Assembly (NCBI GenBank): GCA_010015585.1
Contig: ML975153.1
DNA length: 20,000 nt
Source of the DNA: Eremomyces bilateralis CBS 781.70
Lineage: Eukaryota
Reading direction: 5' to 3' (one strand)
The notes below the pieces were generated by a model that saw only the letters and a list, made by a program, of their open reading frames with translations, was not told the DNA's origin and searched no databases. Positions 1 through 14,390 of the stretch are shown piece by piece. The translations under genes were made by a program, and so were the position numbers. How positions within the stretch are numbered: position 1 is the stretch's first letter; each line of letters opens with the position of its first letter.

Positions 1-68
1 TCCGCGGTAATCTGATTGATATGCGCTGCGAAAGTGTCAGGCAAGGGTCGGTTCCGATATCATAGCGG

Positions 69-1454
69 ATGCGTACAGTTCACCCAGGACTCGCTCATCG
101 AGTATCCTCAGTTGTGACAGCAAGAAACTGCGCTATGGCGGCTTATTCATTTAAATATCATTTGGTTGGGGGTTATAAAGGTATATCAAGAGCTGCGTCG
201 TTCAGTGGAGCCCGGAATCCCGCTCCAAGGCAATCAAGACTTTCTTTCATTGCAGGGAAGCTTGTTCCCTTTTCAGCACACCAAATTCGCTGGTATATAG
301 AGGGGCAGAGGTTTGCATTTTCAACCGAGAACCTTCTACACTCCTCGAAATGCAAGATTGTTCTCCCGCCGGCGCGGCCTCTGGCTCTCCAATCCTACCA
401 AATCCGATGCACGGCGCTCTCCCCTCGACACCAGTCCACGGCTGCTCCTGCACACGGTTCCTCCCTTCCACCCTATCAACCACCGACCAATGGTCTTCTT
501 TCGGTCCTACCCCCATCCCTCATTCCCTACGCCGAGCTCATCCGCCTGGACAAGCCCACGGGGACCTACTATCTATTCTTTCCATGCCTCTTCAGCACCC
601 TCCTTGCCGCTCCCCTCGCCACCCCCATCACACCCCCCTCCACCGTCCTAGCAACGACGGCGCTTTTCGCTACCGGCGCTCTCATCATGCGTGGCGCGGG
701 TTGTACCATCAATGACCTCTGGGATCGGAATCTAGACCCACATGTCGCCCGTACGAGGCTCCGACCGATTGCTCGCCGTGCCATCACCCCGTTTCAAGGT
801 GTGGCCTTCTTCGGGGCGCAATGCCTTGCGGGATTAGGCGTCCTGGTGCAATTCCCCACGGAATGCTTATGGTACGGCATCCCCAGCCTGCTGCTCGTGG
901 GGACGTATCCGCTCGCCAAGCGGATCACGCACTATCCTCAGGTCGTCCTGGGCCTCGCATTCTCCTGGGGTGGAATCATGGGGTTCCCGGCGCTGGGGGT
1001 CGACTTGCTGTCGAATCCAAGTGCCCTCCATGCCGCCGCTGCATTGTATGCGAGTTGCGTGGCGTGGACCGTGGGGTACGACATGATCTACGCACATATG
1101 GATATCAAAGATGACAAAAAGGCGGGAATCAAGAGCATCGCGCTTCGCCACGAGAAGGAGACCAAGGGGGTGCTGACTGGCCTTGCCGCTGTGCAGGTCG
1201 GGCTATTGGGTGCCGCTGGTTGGGCCGTTGGCGCCGGTCCCATCTATTATCTTGGAACCTGTGGAGGTGCAGCAGCGACGATGGGCATTCAAATCATCAA
1301 AGTCAAATTGGACAGCGTTGCGGACTGCTGGTGGTGGTTCAAATGGGGTTGCTGGTTCACTGGAGGTGCGGTTACAACGGGGCTGCTTGGAGAGTACTTG
1401 GTGAGATTCAATGCTGAGGCGCATGAGAATCAGAAGCGAGAAACATCGTTTTGA
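69..1454 (+). CDS. COQ2: 4-hydroxybenzoate polyprenyltransferase (UbiA family), mitochondrial; start codon uncertain
   Basis: Uninterrupted ORF with Coq2/UbiA motifs RLDKPTG, RGAGCTINDLWDRNLD, RTRLRPIA, YPLAKR and YDMIYAHMDIKDD, plus several hydrophobic segments. In-frame ATGs occur only at 69 and 135 before 687, so the true N-terminus is unclear. Confidence 0.95.
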   Translation: MRTVHPGLAHRVSSVVTARNCAMAAYSFKYHLVGGYKGISRAASFSGARNPAPRQSRLSFIAGKLVPFSAHQIRWYIEGQRFAFSTENLLHSSKCKIVLPPARPLALQSYQIRCTALSPRHQSTAAPAHGSSLPPYQPPTNGLLSVLPPSLIPYAELIRLDKPTGTYYLFFPCLFSTLLAAPLATPITPPSTVLATTALFATGALIMRGAGCTINDLWDRNLDPHVARTRLRPIARRAITPFQGVAFFGAQCLAGLGVLVQFPTECLWYGIPSLLLVGTYPLAKRITHYPQVVLGLAFSWGGIMGFPALGVDLLSNPSALHAAAALYASCVAWTVGYDMIYAHMDIKDDKKAGIKSIALRHEKETKGVLTGLAAVQVGLLGAAGWAVGAGPIYYLGTCGGAAATMGIQIIKVKLDSVADCWWWFKWGCWFTGGAVTTGLLGEYLVRFNAEAHENQKRETSF

Positions 1455-1560
1455 ACTGTGTCTATAAATGTATAACATTGAGTATATTTCATCCATTTCC
1501 GCCATTCATATGCATTTTTTCATCACAATCATAAACCCAACATCGTGTGCACATGCTAAA

Positions 1561-3273
1561 TCAGACCCGAAGGGTGCGCAACTGCACCTCTTGAACCGGT
1601 GCTCTAGGTTCCATTTGTACGTCCATATCGTCCAAGAGACGTCCTCCTTCTTCATCTGTATTTCCGGCTGTCCTCTCAGACTCTTTCTTAACACTCAAGT
1701 CTTTTTTAACTGCCACGAAAATCGCCGATCCAAGGATCAAACTTGACCCTATAAGAGACAGAACTCCAGGCGTAGTACCAAATATGAGCTTGTCGAAGGT
1801 CAGTGCGAAGAGCATCTGCGTGTATGTCATATTGGTCGCACGCGAGGACTTTTCGTACTGCAGCCCGGCAGCGAGGAGGAATTGCTGATTGAACACGTTA
1901 GTGCAAGTGGGAAAGAATTCCAAATGTAAGACGAACCATGATAAACCCACAGGTCCCGAGAAAGATCAGATAGGACCAATCCCTCAGACTACTGGGAAGA
2001 AGAAAACCGACATCTGGAAGAGCCATCATCATCACGATGCTGACAAACGTGCACCAGGTAGCGAAGTAGTTGACGCTGATAAGTGGGTGCGCCCGCTTTC
2101 CAATCCACCGGATCGTGGTATATGCACAAGCTGCACCCAAGACACCAAGGAGTGACATCCCCACAGCGCTCGCCCGTTGAGCGGGAGTGACATCTTCATA
2201 GTTTCCTGCTTCGTGCCCACTGGAGGGCATGGCTGCTGTCCCGTTTGTGGTTATTGGAGAGACGTCTCCGTTCCCTGCGGCAGGGATTTCCGCTGTGTTG
2301 TGCGAGGGGAAGAAGAACGACGTTGGCCGAGCAATGAGGACGACCCCGATGAACGAGACTCCTGCCGCAATCTGTTCCAATCGAGTAAATGGCTCGTTTA
2401 TGAAGATGCTACATGCCCAGCATGCTATGCTTGGGGCTAGGAAAGTAATGACCGTAGCTTCGGCGAGAGGTAGGTAACGGAGGGAATCTGCTTCAGGATT
2501 AGGGCCGGAGAAGGTGATCGTACGCTCAACGTTTACATACAGTACTATTTCCTTGGTTAGCAAACACGTCATGGATGGTGAGGGCATGGCATACCATTCC
2601 AAAGACTCCAAAGAACCCTCCAATACCTCGAGCAATAAGAAGGCCTCGAACTTCTTTGGCTCCAAATGGGAAATGTGGGGTCCTAACCCAGTACATGTAT
2701 ATTGATGCGATTACTACGGTAATACTCATCCGTGCGAAGAGAATCTGTTAACCGGCTATCGTCAGAGCTGGGTATCGATCAGGAACCTCCATATCTATTA
2801 CGCACCTGGAATGGATGGAACCCTTTACCATTATTCCCCTCAATTTCTAAGAGTCGTGTCGTGACATTCATCAAGGTACCAAATATTTGCGCCAGTAACA
2901 CCAGCCCCAACCCCTTGTTTCTCACCCAGGATGCTTTCAATTTGTCTCGAATGGACTTGCTGTATCCTGAAGAGGCAGAACGTGTACCGTTAGCCTCCGG
3001 AGTTTCAGTCCACGCACCATGGTTCGGCTGAGATTCGTCGAATGAAAGGTTCGATATCGTATCTGGTGATTGAGAGCGGGGAAGGCCTGTTAAAGGAATG
3101 TTTAGGAATGTGTTCCCATCCTCAGTGGATTTCGGCAGGATCTTTGTGGAGGGGTCGACTGAAGAATGTCGAAAGAATGGGGACTTCACTCGTTGAATCC
3201 CGTTGCCCATGATTTCTGGACCTCCCTTCTCATTGTTTTCAGGTTCCGTCCCAGGTGGCGGAAATATAGTCAT
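1561..3273 (-). CDS. EamA / drug-metabolite transporter (DMT) family membrane protein, 5 exons
   Basis: Exons 3273-2806, 2744-2595, 2544-2541 (4 nt), 2487-1937 and 1884-1561. All introns are GT..AG with branch sites. The spliced product has EamA-type motifs (HPFQILFARM, LLIARGIGGFFGVFGMYYSLRYLPLAEATVITFLAP, GLQYEKSSRATNMTYTQMLFA) and many hydrophobic helices. Confidence 0.88.
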
Positions 3274-5640
3274 TGTGTTTCATTAGAGTCGACAACCAAA
3301 CGCCGAGTCTACTTCTATATCTCGCCGCAGACGAAGTGAAGACTCGATACCAAGAAGGAATAGCGATATAAGACGACTTTGAGGAAACCAGACTTGAAGA
3401 CTAACAGTCTACCTCAATATAAAGACCGACGGCATCAGAATTCAAAATTTGGCGTATGACAGATGTAGACGAAGAACAGAAGAAGACTCAGTCCAGTTGA
3501 AGGGTAGAGGTATCGAGTAAGCATTAGTTGCATTCGTAAGTACTAGAGTCCTCAGTCATGGTACTGGCGGAGTCCGCCCGCAATCGGCTTCCATTTGCGA
3601 GTCGAGGTTAGCCAGTCCCCGCCTCAACCGGGCCAATGAGAGCGGGGAAATAACACTGGATATGTGGGAGGAGTGAGCTGCATCGGTTCTTTAGGTTAGT
3701 TTTCTAGTTGATGGGGGGGATGGAATCCATCCAGTATGGTTGGGACGAAACTATTCCGCCGCTACGAGTGGAACTGCAGCCATGTCGTTTGCCGAACCCC
3801 CGAACGGTACGGGACGGGAAAGCCAACAGGAGCCTGATGGCTGAGCGGGGTTGGGGTTCTGTTTTTACTGCGGCAGCCGGGATTTGGTGACATTGGGCGG
3901 GTTGATGCAATAATAGCACGTGACTCCATCACACGGCCAGGCCGCCAGACAACCATAGACCTGAACCTCTGATTTCAGTGTGGTTTTTTGCAATACATTT
4001 ACGCATCATATTTTTGGGGAGAGGGTGTAGGTATGTCTTAGTAAGAAACTTAGTGTTGCATCAAATGGCTTTTCAGCTAGTCATATTGGCTTGTTACCTA
4101 TATCATTTAGTACTAAACTGCTAGAGTATTTTATTATCCAATCATATTAGTCCAACCACGATTTCACCTTTCTCCCCTCAGGCACAGTGAATTGAATAAT
4201 CAGAGAATCAGTGCTCCACAAGAGTCAGTTGCTTCCAGACGGTTATGTTTCTATTCGATCCTGCCCTCCTATTCTACATACGGATATTTTAAATGCGTCC
4301 CAATGATCGTTGCCGCTGATATTTGCCACTGATTTTCCTGCTCGAAAAAGCATCGATGCCGTAATAATATAGAACAGACCATCGGAGAATAGCATGCATA
4401 GGTAGAATCAGAAGAACAGGGTCTTATATTCACTACAGTAACTTCCTAGCTATTTAGCTGACCGAGAAGTGTTGGAGACAGCCCATGGACCTTCTCGACT
4501 GTCGCCTCTGACACCCGATCCGATTGATCAAAGTAGGCGGACAACTGACCTCCGTCCAAATAACGATGGGGTTCTCGACTTTCTAGATCTAGCCAAATCT
4601 CCTAAGAAAACCCGATGGCCCAATAGCTTGCAGATTGTTGCTGTAGGTTGACTCATCCCCATACTAGGCACTAAGTTCGGCTCCTGGCAGCTCCGTTGCA
4701 GAATGTTCTGTAAAGAATCCTACTCCTCCCCCAGGGACCACAAGTCATAGTGGTTTTCACTGAGGTACCCTCCTGTGTTCATCACCTAAACGACCAACCT
4801 CATCCTGAAGACCAGGTCTAATGAGACCGTTGGCCCTTTGGGCATAAGAATTGCTGTGTATAGACGTTACAGGGATTGTTTCAACCATAGCAGGCGAAAC
4901 ATCAGTCTCGTTCCCCCTTTTCAGGCGGTTTGGTCGTAGCGAAACCGTAAGAAAGCCTGCAATTCATCATAAAGGAACTCCGATCAGGTATATGCGGAGC
5001 CTCCACAGCAGGCAGACTGAATATTCGCATCTTGTGCAGGTATAACTGGCGCAGACATGAAATCCTTTCCACCCTCCACGCAGAAGAATTTAAAGTAGCT
5101 CCAGAATCTAGTGGTACTTCCTAGGGCTGCCTGAGTTGCGTGATGGACAATTCCGAGTGGTTGAGGAGACTTTTACCAGTAAAACAGTCAAAGCAGTCAA
5201 AACAGTGTGCGTCAAGAAAACGAAATTGGAGGTCGAAATAGTCCACATTGTTCAGACTTAGAGATCATCCGAAGCTCTTCTTTAAATTGACAAAGCTTTC
5301 AAATCTATGACTGGGAAGTGGATTGCATTGAGTAAAGGCCGGATGAGATGACCGAAGGACTAGAATTGCACGCCACTGAAACCTGAAGCGACAGAAAGCT
5401 AAGAAACTACATCATTTGTTAGCCTCAAGAGCTACAACTATGTGACAATGACACAATGTAAAGAGATGTATACAAGTTTTGAAAATGGAGAATTGGCAAG
5501 TTAACATGAGTGAACAAGACAGAACAGACGCCTAGGAGAGATCACGTGCTGTGGTGATCCAGGATGCATCGATTGAATGACCGCATCAAATCAATTATTT
5601 TGTATTTCTAATTCCACTGATATTCCACCATAACGTCGCC

Positions 5641-6239
5641 ATGTCTGCTATATCAATATTCTCATCCGTATGCACTATTCCTTTTGCAGCACTGAACCTA
5701 CAGAAAGTAACCATGCATCACAGGCCCTGCGGCAAACCGCCCGCCCAACCCGTCTCCTCACATCCCAACTCTCCCGACCGACATGGACTCCTTCCTTTTC
5801 CCGCCTCGCACCCCTTCAGGCCCGCCTCCTCTCCGACTCCACGAAACAAGCCATCAACCAAGCTGTGGCGACCTCGCCGGTCGTCTTGTTCATGAAAGGG
5901 ACGCCGGAAGCCCCGCAATGCGGCTACTCGCGCGCCTCGATCCAGATCCTGGGCCTCCAGGGCGTGGACCCTGCGAAGTTTACGGCGTTCAACGTCTTGG
6001 AGGACGAAGAGCTGCGGCAAGGTACGGAAGGAGTGCGCCATGCGTTTGGTCCGATGGAGTGCTAACGGTGCTTAGGTATCAAGGAGTACACGAACTGGCC
6101 GACGATCCCGCAGCTTTATTTGGAGAAGGAATTCGTGGGCGGTGCTGATATCGTCATGTCCATGCATCAGGACGGATCATTGGCGCAGCTTCTGGAGGAG
6201 AAGAAAGTCCTCGTCCCTGCAGAAGAGGAGAGCAAGTAG
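5641..6239 (+). CDS. GRX5: mitochondrial monothiol glutaredoxin (Grx5 type), 3 exons
   Basis: Exons 5641-5667, 5724-6021 and 6076-6239. Arg/Ser-rich presequence followed by [35 protein letters not shown] and EFVGGAD, which are class II glutaredoxin motifs. Confidence 0.93.
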
Positions 6240-6858
6240 CCTGGTCTCCGTATGGGCCGTACGCCCAGTGGAGTCGATGGTTCTACTTCTGTACAACATG
6301 TGTTGTATACGACGGATCTGTATGCTACGCGGGCTTCAATTTCTCAAACAGGCCACCATCCAATCTGCCGAATGACATCTTAGGAATATATTCTTCTAAA
6401 TGGATTGGAACGATGGGTTCAACACGCAGTGGCATAACTTCGGTTCATAAGGCTCAAGTCAGGTCTGGGGATATCAGATCGAGAAAGAACGATTCGAAGT
6501 CCTAATAGAAGCACGTAATCCTGAACAATAGTTGTCCCCAATGTGCTACAGTCTACCAACATTCGCGTATCGCTTGCCTTTTGCACCAATGAAAACCATT
6601 GCTCGCCAAACCAGGTCAAAGTGCGTCGTCTTCACTGTGCCGCGACAGAACCGCGGCGAAGAATACTGATGCATTCGTTCACACCGTCAATTAAGAATCC
6701 GAACCCACACGATCTCACCACGACACCGTCGCAATGAGGGGACGACAGCAGCGGGTACTCATAGCGCAATTCATCGGAACCTTTCCGAGATTCCGCAAGG
6801 AGAACTGACTCATAGGACACTTCCAAACTACCAAGGAGCCTTTCTGTTCACGTCCACT

Positions 6859-9746
<2,888 letters not shown>

Positions 9747-11621
9747 GACGACCGTTGGGTCGGATGGAATCCGAGTCGATTAGCGGAGGTCCAGATGAAG
9801 ATAGCGATGAGGAGAGATTCCCACAATCTCGGAGGACCCCGGCAACGATATGTGGAAGGAAAGCCTCAAGATGCGAGAGGCCGATGATGGAAGGAGAAAG
9901 TGCAACTCAGCACGACCACGTTCCCGTTCTGGTATTCCAGTGTGAGGGTGTCGTTGGAGGTGGAGCGAGCTGTGGAGGACGCACGAGGCCAAGGGTCGAT
10001 CGGAGCGACTGAAGGAGAGAACAAGCCGCCAGTCAGCCAGGGAACTCAGTTGGGACTTGGGACTTGGGGCTTGGCTTGAGAATGAGGTAGGTAAGTTGGC
10101 TAGTGCGCGTCGTGAGGAAGTGCTAACTGTGCTAAGGAACAAGCGCCTAGTGGCGACGTGGGTGAGTTTGACGGTGCAAAGTGGGCTGTGCAGCTGCCCG
10201 TCCAGGTGCTATTGATGTATTCGGGGCTGTATGTCGTATTATAGGTTCGTGGAAGGCCGTGACGAATTAATTAAGGCAGTGCCTGATATGGTCAGGTCGG
10301 TAGGGGACGACTCCTGACGAGGATTCGAACTTTTCCTCGAGTTTGCAGATGACGCTTTGGTGAGAGAGAAAAGGATGGAAAGTTGGTACTGTTCAGGTCC
10401 AGTTCCAGTTCGGCGGTTCAGAGGATCGGTGTAAGACTTCAAGTTCCCCGTCCCTCACACTCTCTACTTCTAAGAACCACCGAAACTGGGACTCGAGATG
10501 TCCTAATCGCAGGAGACATCAGTTGTCGCATGTCACTTGGATTTTGTGGTAGAAGTTATCCAATGGGAAAATGAAGAAGGTTATCAGAACAGAATCAGAT
10601 ATTGGTGGAAAAAGAGTTTATTTACTTGGGCAAGTACTTATCTCTACTCCGTACCTACTTATGTCCCAGACTCCCAGTTAACTTAAATACAGTAGCACTT
10701 ACTAAGATACGAAGATCAATAGCAGTGTGCCTAACGACCAGACCAATGAAAGCCGAGTTTTGCTTCTCGAGTATCCAGGCGCCTCTAATAATCCAGCTGC
10801 TGGATGGCGAGATGTAAGCAGTAAGCAGGCACTTTGATCGACCGTAGACCTCCATTTGTGGACGATGAAATTTCCACGTCCACAGAACAACTATTTTTAA
10901 TAAATCCATTGAAGTGAGAACCGAGAGGTGAGAAGTGAATTGGAGACCATCCGATGCCGGATTTCTCGTGGTGAGAGATCCATGCCATTCTTGTCTGTTG
11001 GGACTTCTGGAAACCGCTGGAAAGGGACTGTTCCGAACGCAGTACGTACGTATCGTTTTCGTATCCGGCCGCGAGTTAATGGATGCCCTACAGAGTAACG
11101 TTGAGTGCTACAGAAAAGACCTCCAAAAACGGAGGTTTCTGACGCCGTTTTCTGCGGTTTTTCCACCTAGGTGAAACGCCCTCGTTTCGTTACCAGCATT
11201 GCCCAAAACTCCCTGGCATTGTGCCAAGCCCTGCACACGCTCACCAAAGTCGGATCCCTACTTTGGTCCATCCAACCAGCCCAAACTTGGTGGGGGGCCG
11301 ATTTTGGACTTCCTGTTTTCAGTTTTTTGACCTTCGCAACTTCAATGCCTCCATGCTAATTTCGGAAGCATGGTTGGTGTCAAGCGATATGGCTCCGCTG
11401 CAGAGCCTTCCTCTGCTTTCGTATATAATAACAACCAATGTCCAGGCCCGTCGCTTGATGGATCGTTCCGTCGTGCCCGCTTGTCTTCTCTTCTCTTCCA
11501 TACTTGGGCCGTCGCTCTTTCACTCCTCCAGACGCATCTCCGTTAACCGGCTGCCTTTGGCTGAATTGCACTTCGCTCTCTTAGGCGACCGCTCTCTACA
11601 TCGAACTCCGAGACCATCGTA

Positions 11622-13946
11622 ATGGGAAGAGGAAACAAGTCGCGCCCCCGCGGCAAAAAAGATACGCCATGAGACTCTGCGTACTATGAATCGCTCTATG
11701 CCGACGATCTAACCCCAGCATTGCGCCCTATCACAGCCGCAACCGAGAGAGGAGTTGACTATGTGTGGAAGAAGTGGACAAAGTGTGTATTCGCTAGGAT
11801 TTCCCAAGTCTATCCATGACTGGCTGTCTATCCCTCTTTGATCAGATACTGTTCGCTCCGAGTCCTTAACCCGGATGCTCTTGACCGCCTGCGAAACATG
11901 AGCGTAGCCGAGATCCGGCGATTCATGCACTGGTATCTGGAAAATCATGCTATGACGAAGCTGAATTCCTTCTATGTGCTGATGCGTTACTGGCGGATGA
12001 TGTACGCTCGGAAGATATACCAAAGCCTAGACCTTGTCATCGCTTCGGATATGAAAGACGTAAGGCTGTGGTTCCGTCTAGAGACCGTCTCTAACAGCAT
12101 CGCTAAGGTATGGTTAGTTCATCGGCACCGTCCTTAAAAAGCGAGTACAGTTTGAGTGAGGGGATGAAAGAGAAGCCTGTCATGAACGTAGACGATGGGT
12201 ACCTGCTCCTATACCACCATTACGCGCTATCGAACGAATACTACGCACACGAGCGGGAGCGAGTTCAGCACAGTTTGATTATTCTCTTCATGATAGGCAC
12301 CTCTGCAAGGCCGTCGACGCTCGTCGAAGGGGGCGGCTACTACAACACAAACGAATGCCTTAAGTACAACGATATTGAGATATTCAAGGTTAGAGATCCA
12401 AACCTCCCCTCTCAACAAGTCTTTCTTATGAGAGTCCGGCTTCGGCTTCTCAAGGGCAAAAGAGACAAGGGCCTGCCGTAAGTATTCCATATCCTCTTGA
12501 GTTCACGTCGGCTAAGGTCATTAAGGATCAAGGTGGTGTTTTGTGAGCGAGACGATAATCTTGCTTTTTGCGCCATTCTGCAAGTTTTCGGGCTCGCCTT
12601 CGCAGATGACGCCTTCGACAGTGACTGGATCAAGCAGCCAAAGGACTTGTATACATTTTCGGTCCCACCTCACCTGCAAAGTGTGCAGCTACATTGGAAA
12701 GAGTCAATGCAGGACATTCCGATTTTCCGGCGATCTGTTTTTCGCGGCGGGCAGGCGACCATATCACCGAATAGATCGGTTCAGTACATGAATCTCTATT
12801 ACCAGAACGCGCGACTAGGTAAATCTGCTGGTTTTGCAGATCCTCTCGGGCTATACAGCTATCGTAGAGGCGCTGGTGAAGCGATTGATTGTAAGGGCAC
12901 ACTCTTACTCCTACGCTGGCAATCTTCTTACATCTGCGTGCTTCATAACGTTTTTGAGGCCTTCCTCGCTAACATCATTTCTAGGCGTAGCTGGTTCAGA
13001 TATGCGGAGCTTTATGATGGGCCATGCTCGTGCAAGTCTCTTTGAGCGCTATTATCGTAATAGCGTTGTCCAGCTCGATTCGGTATCCACGTTCCTCGAA
13101 GTGCCTTCCAGCGACGCGCTGATCAAACTGGCTGGGCATATGAGCTTGACCCGGGATCTCTCTGCGGCCGATTCCATCAACGTCGAGGATTCTGCGGTTG
13201 ACAGCGACCCTAGTATCCAAGAAATCGAAAAGACGTGCCTCCGGTTTCGGAAAGACCTCATTGAAACTTTTGGGAAGATCAAGAACGGAACGGGCACGGA
13301 GCTCTACGATACGTACCGGCGCGAGCGAAGCCATTTACGCAGCGAGAGGATTAAGGTAAAACGGGCGCTCGAGGAAGAAGCCCGGCAACAGTATTTCCGG
13401 ACCGCCGGGACTAGGTATATCGATGAACAGCGACGCGGCATCGCTCGTGAATATGTCGAACCGAAACCTATATTCCAATTCGAGGAACAGGAGAGGCTGG
13501 CAGCGCTCCTCTTCCAGAATCGAGATGTTCGGCAAGTATCTGAGGAAGAGATTTACGGGGTAGCGCATTGCAGCGATGGATAACCTAATCAGCTTATGCG
13601 GTCGGCATTTGCCCCGCCATGCGCCCCGTCGTCATCTCTCGTTGCGAGATAAATCTGTGGAAGAATACCGGAGGAGGATGAGAAAGATTTTGACCCCGAC
13701 CTCTTCCCTTTGGTGTGTCTGGGCACCCAATGCCTGTTCTGTCTCGGCAATCAGAGCCTAGGGCCACAGTCTAGAACCTTCGCATTTGCTCGAAAGGATG
13801 CTCTAAAGGATCACGTTGAGAAGCATTTACGCCACCACGACTGGTCGAAAGAGCCGGAATGCCCTCACCCGCTCTGCGAAGAGGCTTTGAGCACTGATAT
13901 GCACTTCAAGAACCATACGGCATGGGTTCACAACATTTTCTTGTAG
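11622..13946 (+). pseudogene. DUF3435 tyrosine recombinase (Starship captain), disrupted
   Basis: Exons 11622-11782, 11846-12059, 12118-12477, 12526-12890 and 12985-13946; the reconstructed protein is about 686 aa. Motifs: EKPVMNVDD, HERERVQ..I, GTSARP (catalytic R), LKGKR, YSYRRG, MMGH, FERYY (catalytic Y) and a C-terminal Cys/His region (QCLFCLG...DHVEKH...CPHPLC...NHTAWVH). Lesions: TGA at 11670-72, +1 in the A-run at 12136-40, +1 near 13557-62, -1 near 13653-67. Confidence 0.9.
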
Positions 13947-14390
13947 CGAAACTGCCAATGAAAACACTGTTCGGAAAGTCCTTGACTGCCAAGACACATC
14001 TGGAGCTTTGTTTCAACCTCCAGATGTGTCTTGGCATCACTCCAGTCTCTTGTCGCTCCACCTTTCCGTATCATTCCAGACTCCATGTTCCTACTTGCGT
14101 TGTCTCATGGGTGTACTGATTTGTATCACACCGATCTCCGAAAATGAGCTCAGACGCAGGCAACCTGAGCTTCAGAAAGATATGCATGAACGAGAAATGT
14201 CCAATTATGTTGGTGTCATGTACGGTTACGCCACTTGATACTCTGTTCTGTTGAGAGAGCGTCGGTGTGAGATACTCGAGCGACTGTGGAGCGGGAGTGC
14301 TTTCCTCGCGGATACATCAACCGCCGACATCCAATACTGGTGTCTGAACATCCTGGCGCTTGCAATTGCACATCCACCATCCTAACCATC

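Noticed and set aside
4300..5300. Short ORFs and a possible gene remnant in the long intergenic region
   Set aside because: No recognisable motif, frequent stops in all frames and no consistent splice model.
3917..5548. Two RTCACGTG E-box (Cbf1-like) motifs at 3917-24 and 5541-48 in the divergent EamA-GRX5 intergenic region
   Set aside because: Plausible, but 8-mers cannot be supported as functional sites without conservation or binding data.
10300..10345. B-box/T-loop-like GTTCGAATCC on the minus strand inside a CGAGGA/TCCTCG hairpin, suggesting a tRNA
   Set aside because: No proper 5-bp T-stem around a 7-nt loop, and no A-box, D-arm, anticodon arm or acceptor stem, so it does not fold as a cloverleaf.
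10200..11620. 5S rDNA or tRNA fragment as the Starship target site
   Set aside because: No convincing 5S or tRNA sequence could be recognised upstream of the captain.
13560..13673. An intron that would bypass the two C-terminal captain frameshifts
   Set aside because: Candidate introns are too short or lack a proper branch site and acceptor, and they would remove the captain-like RIAAMDNLISLC segment.
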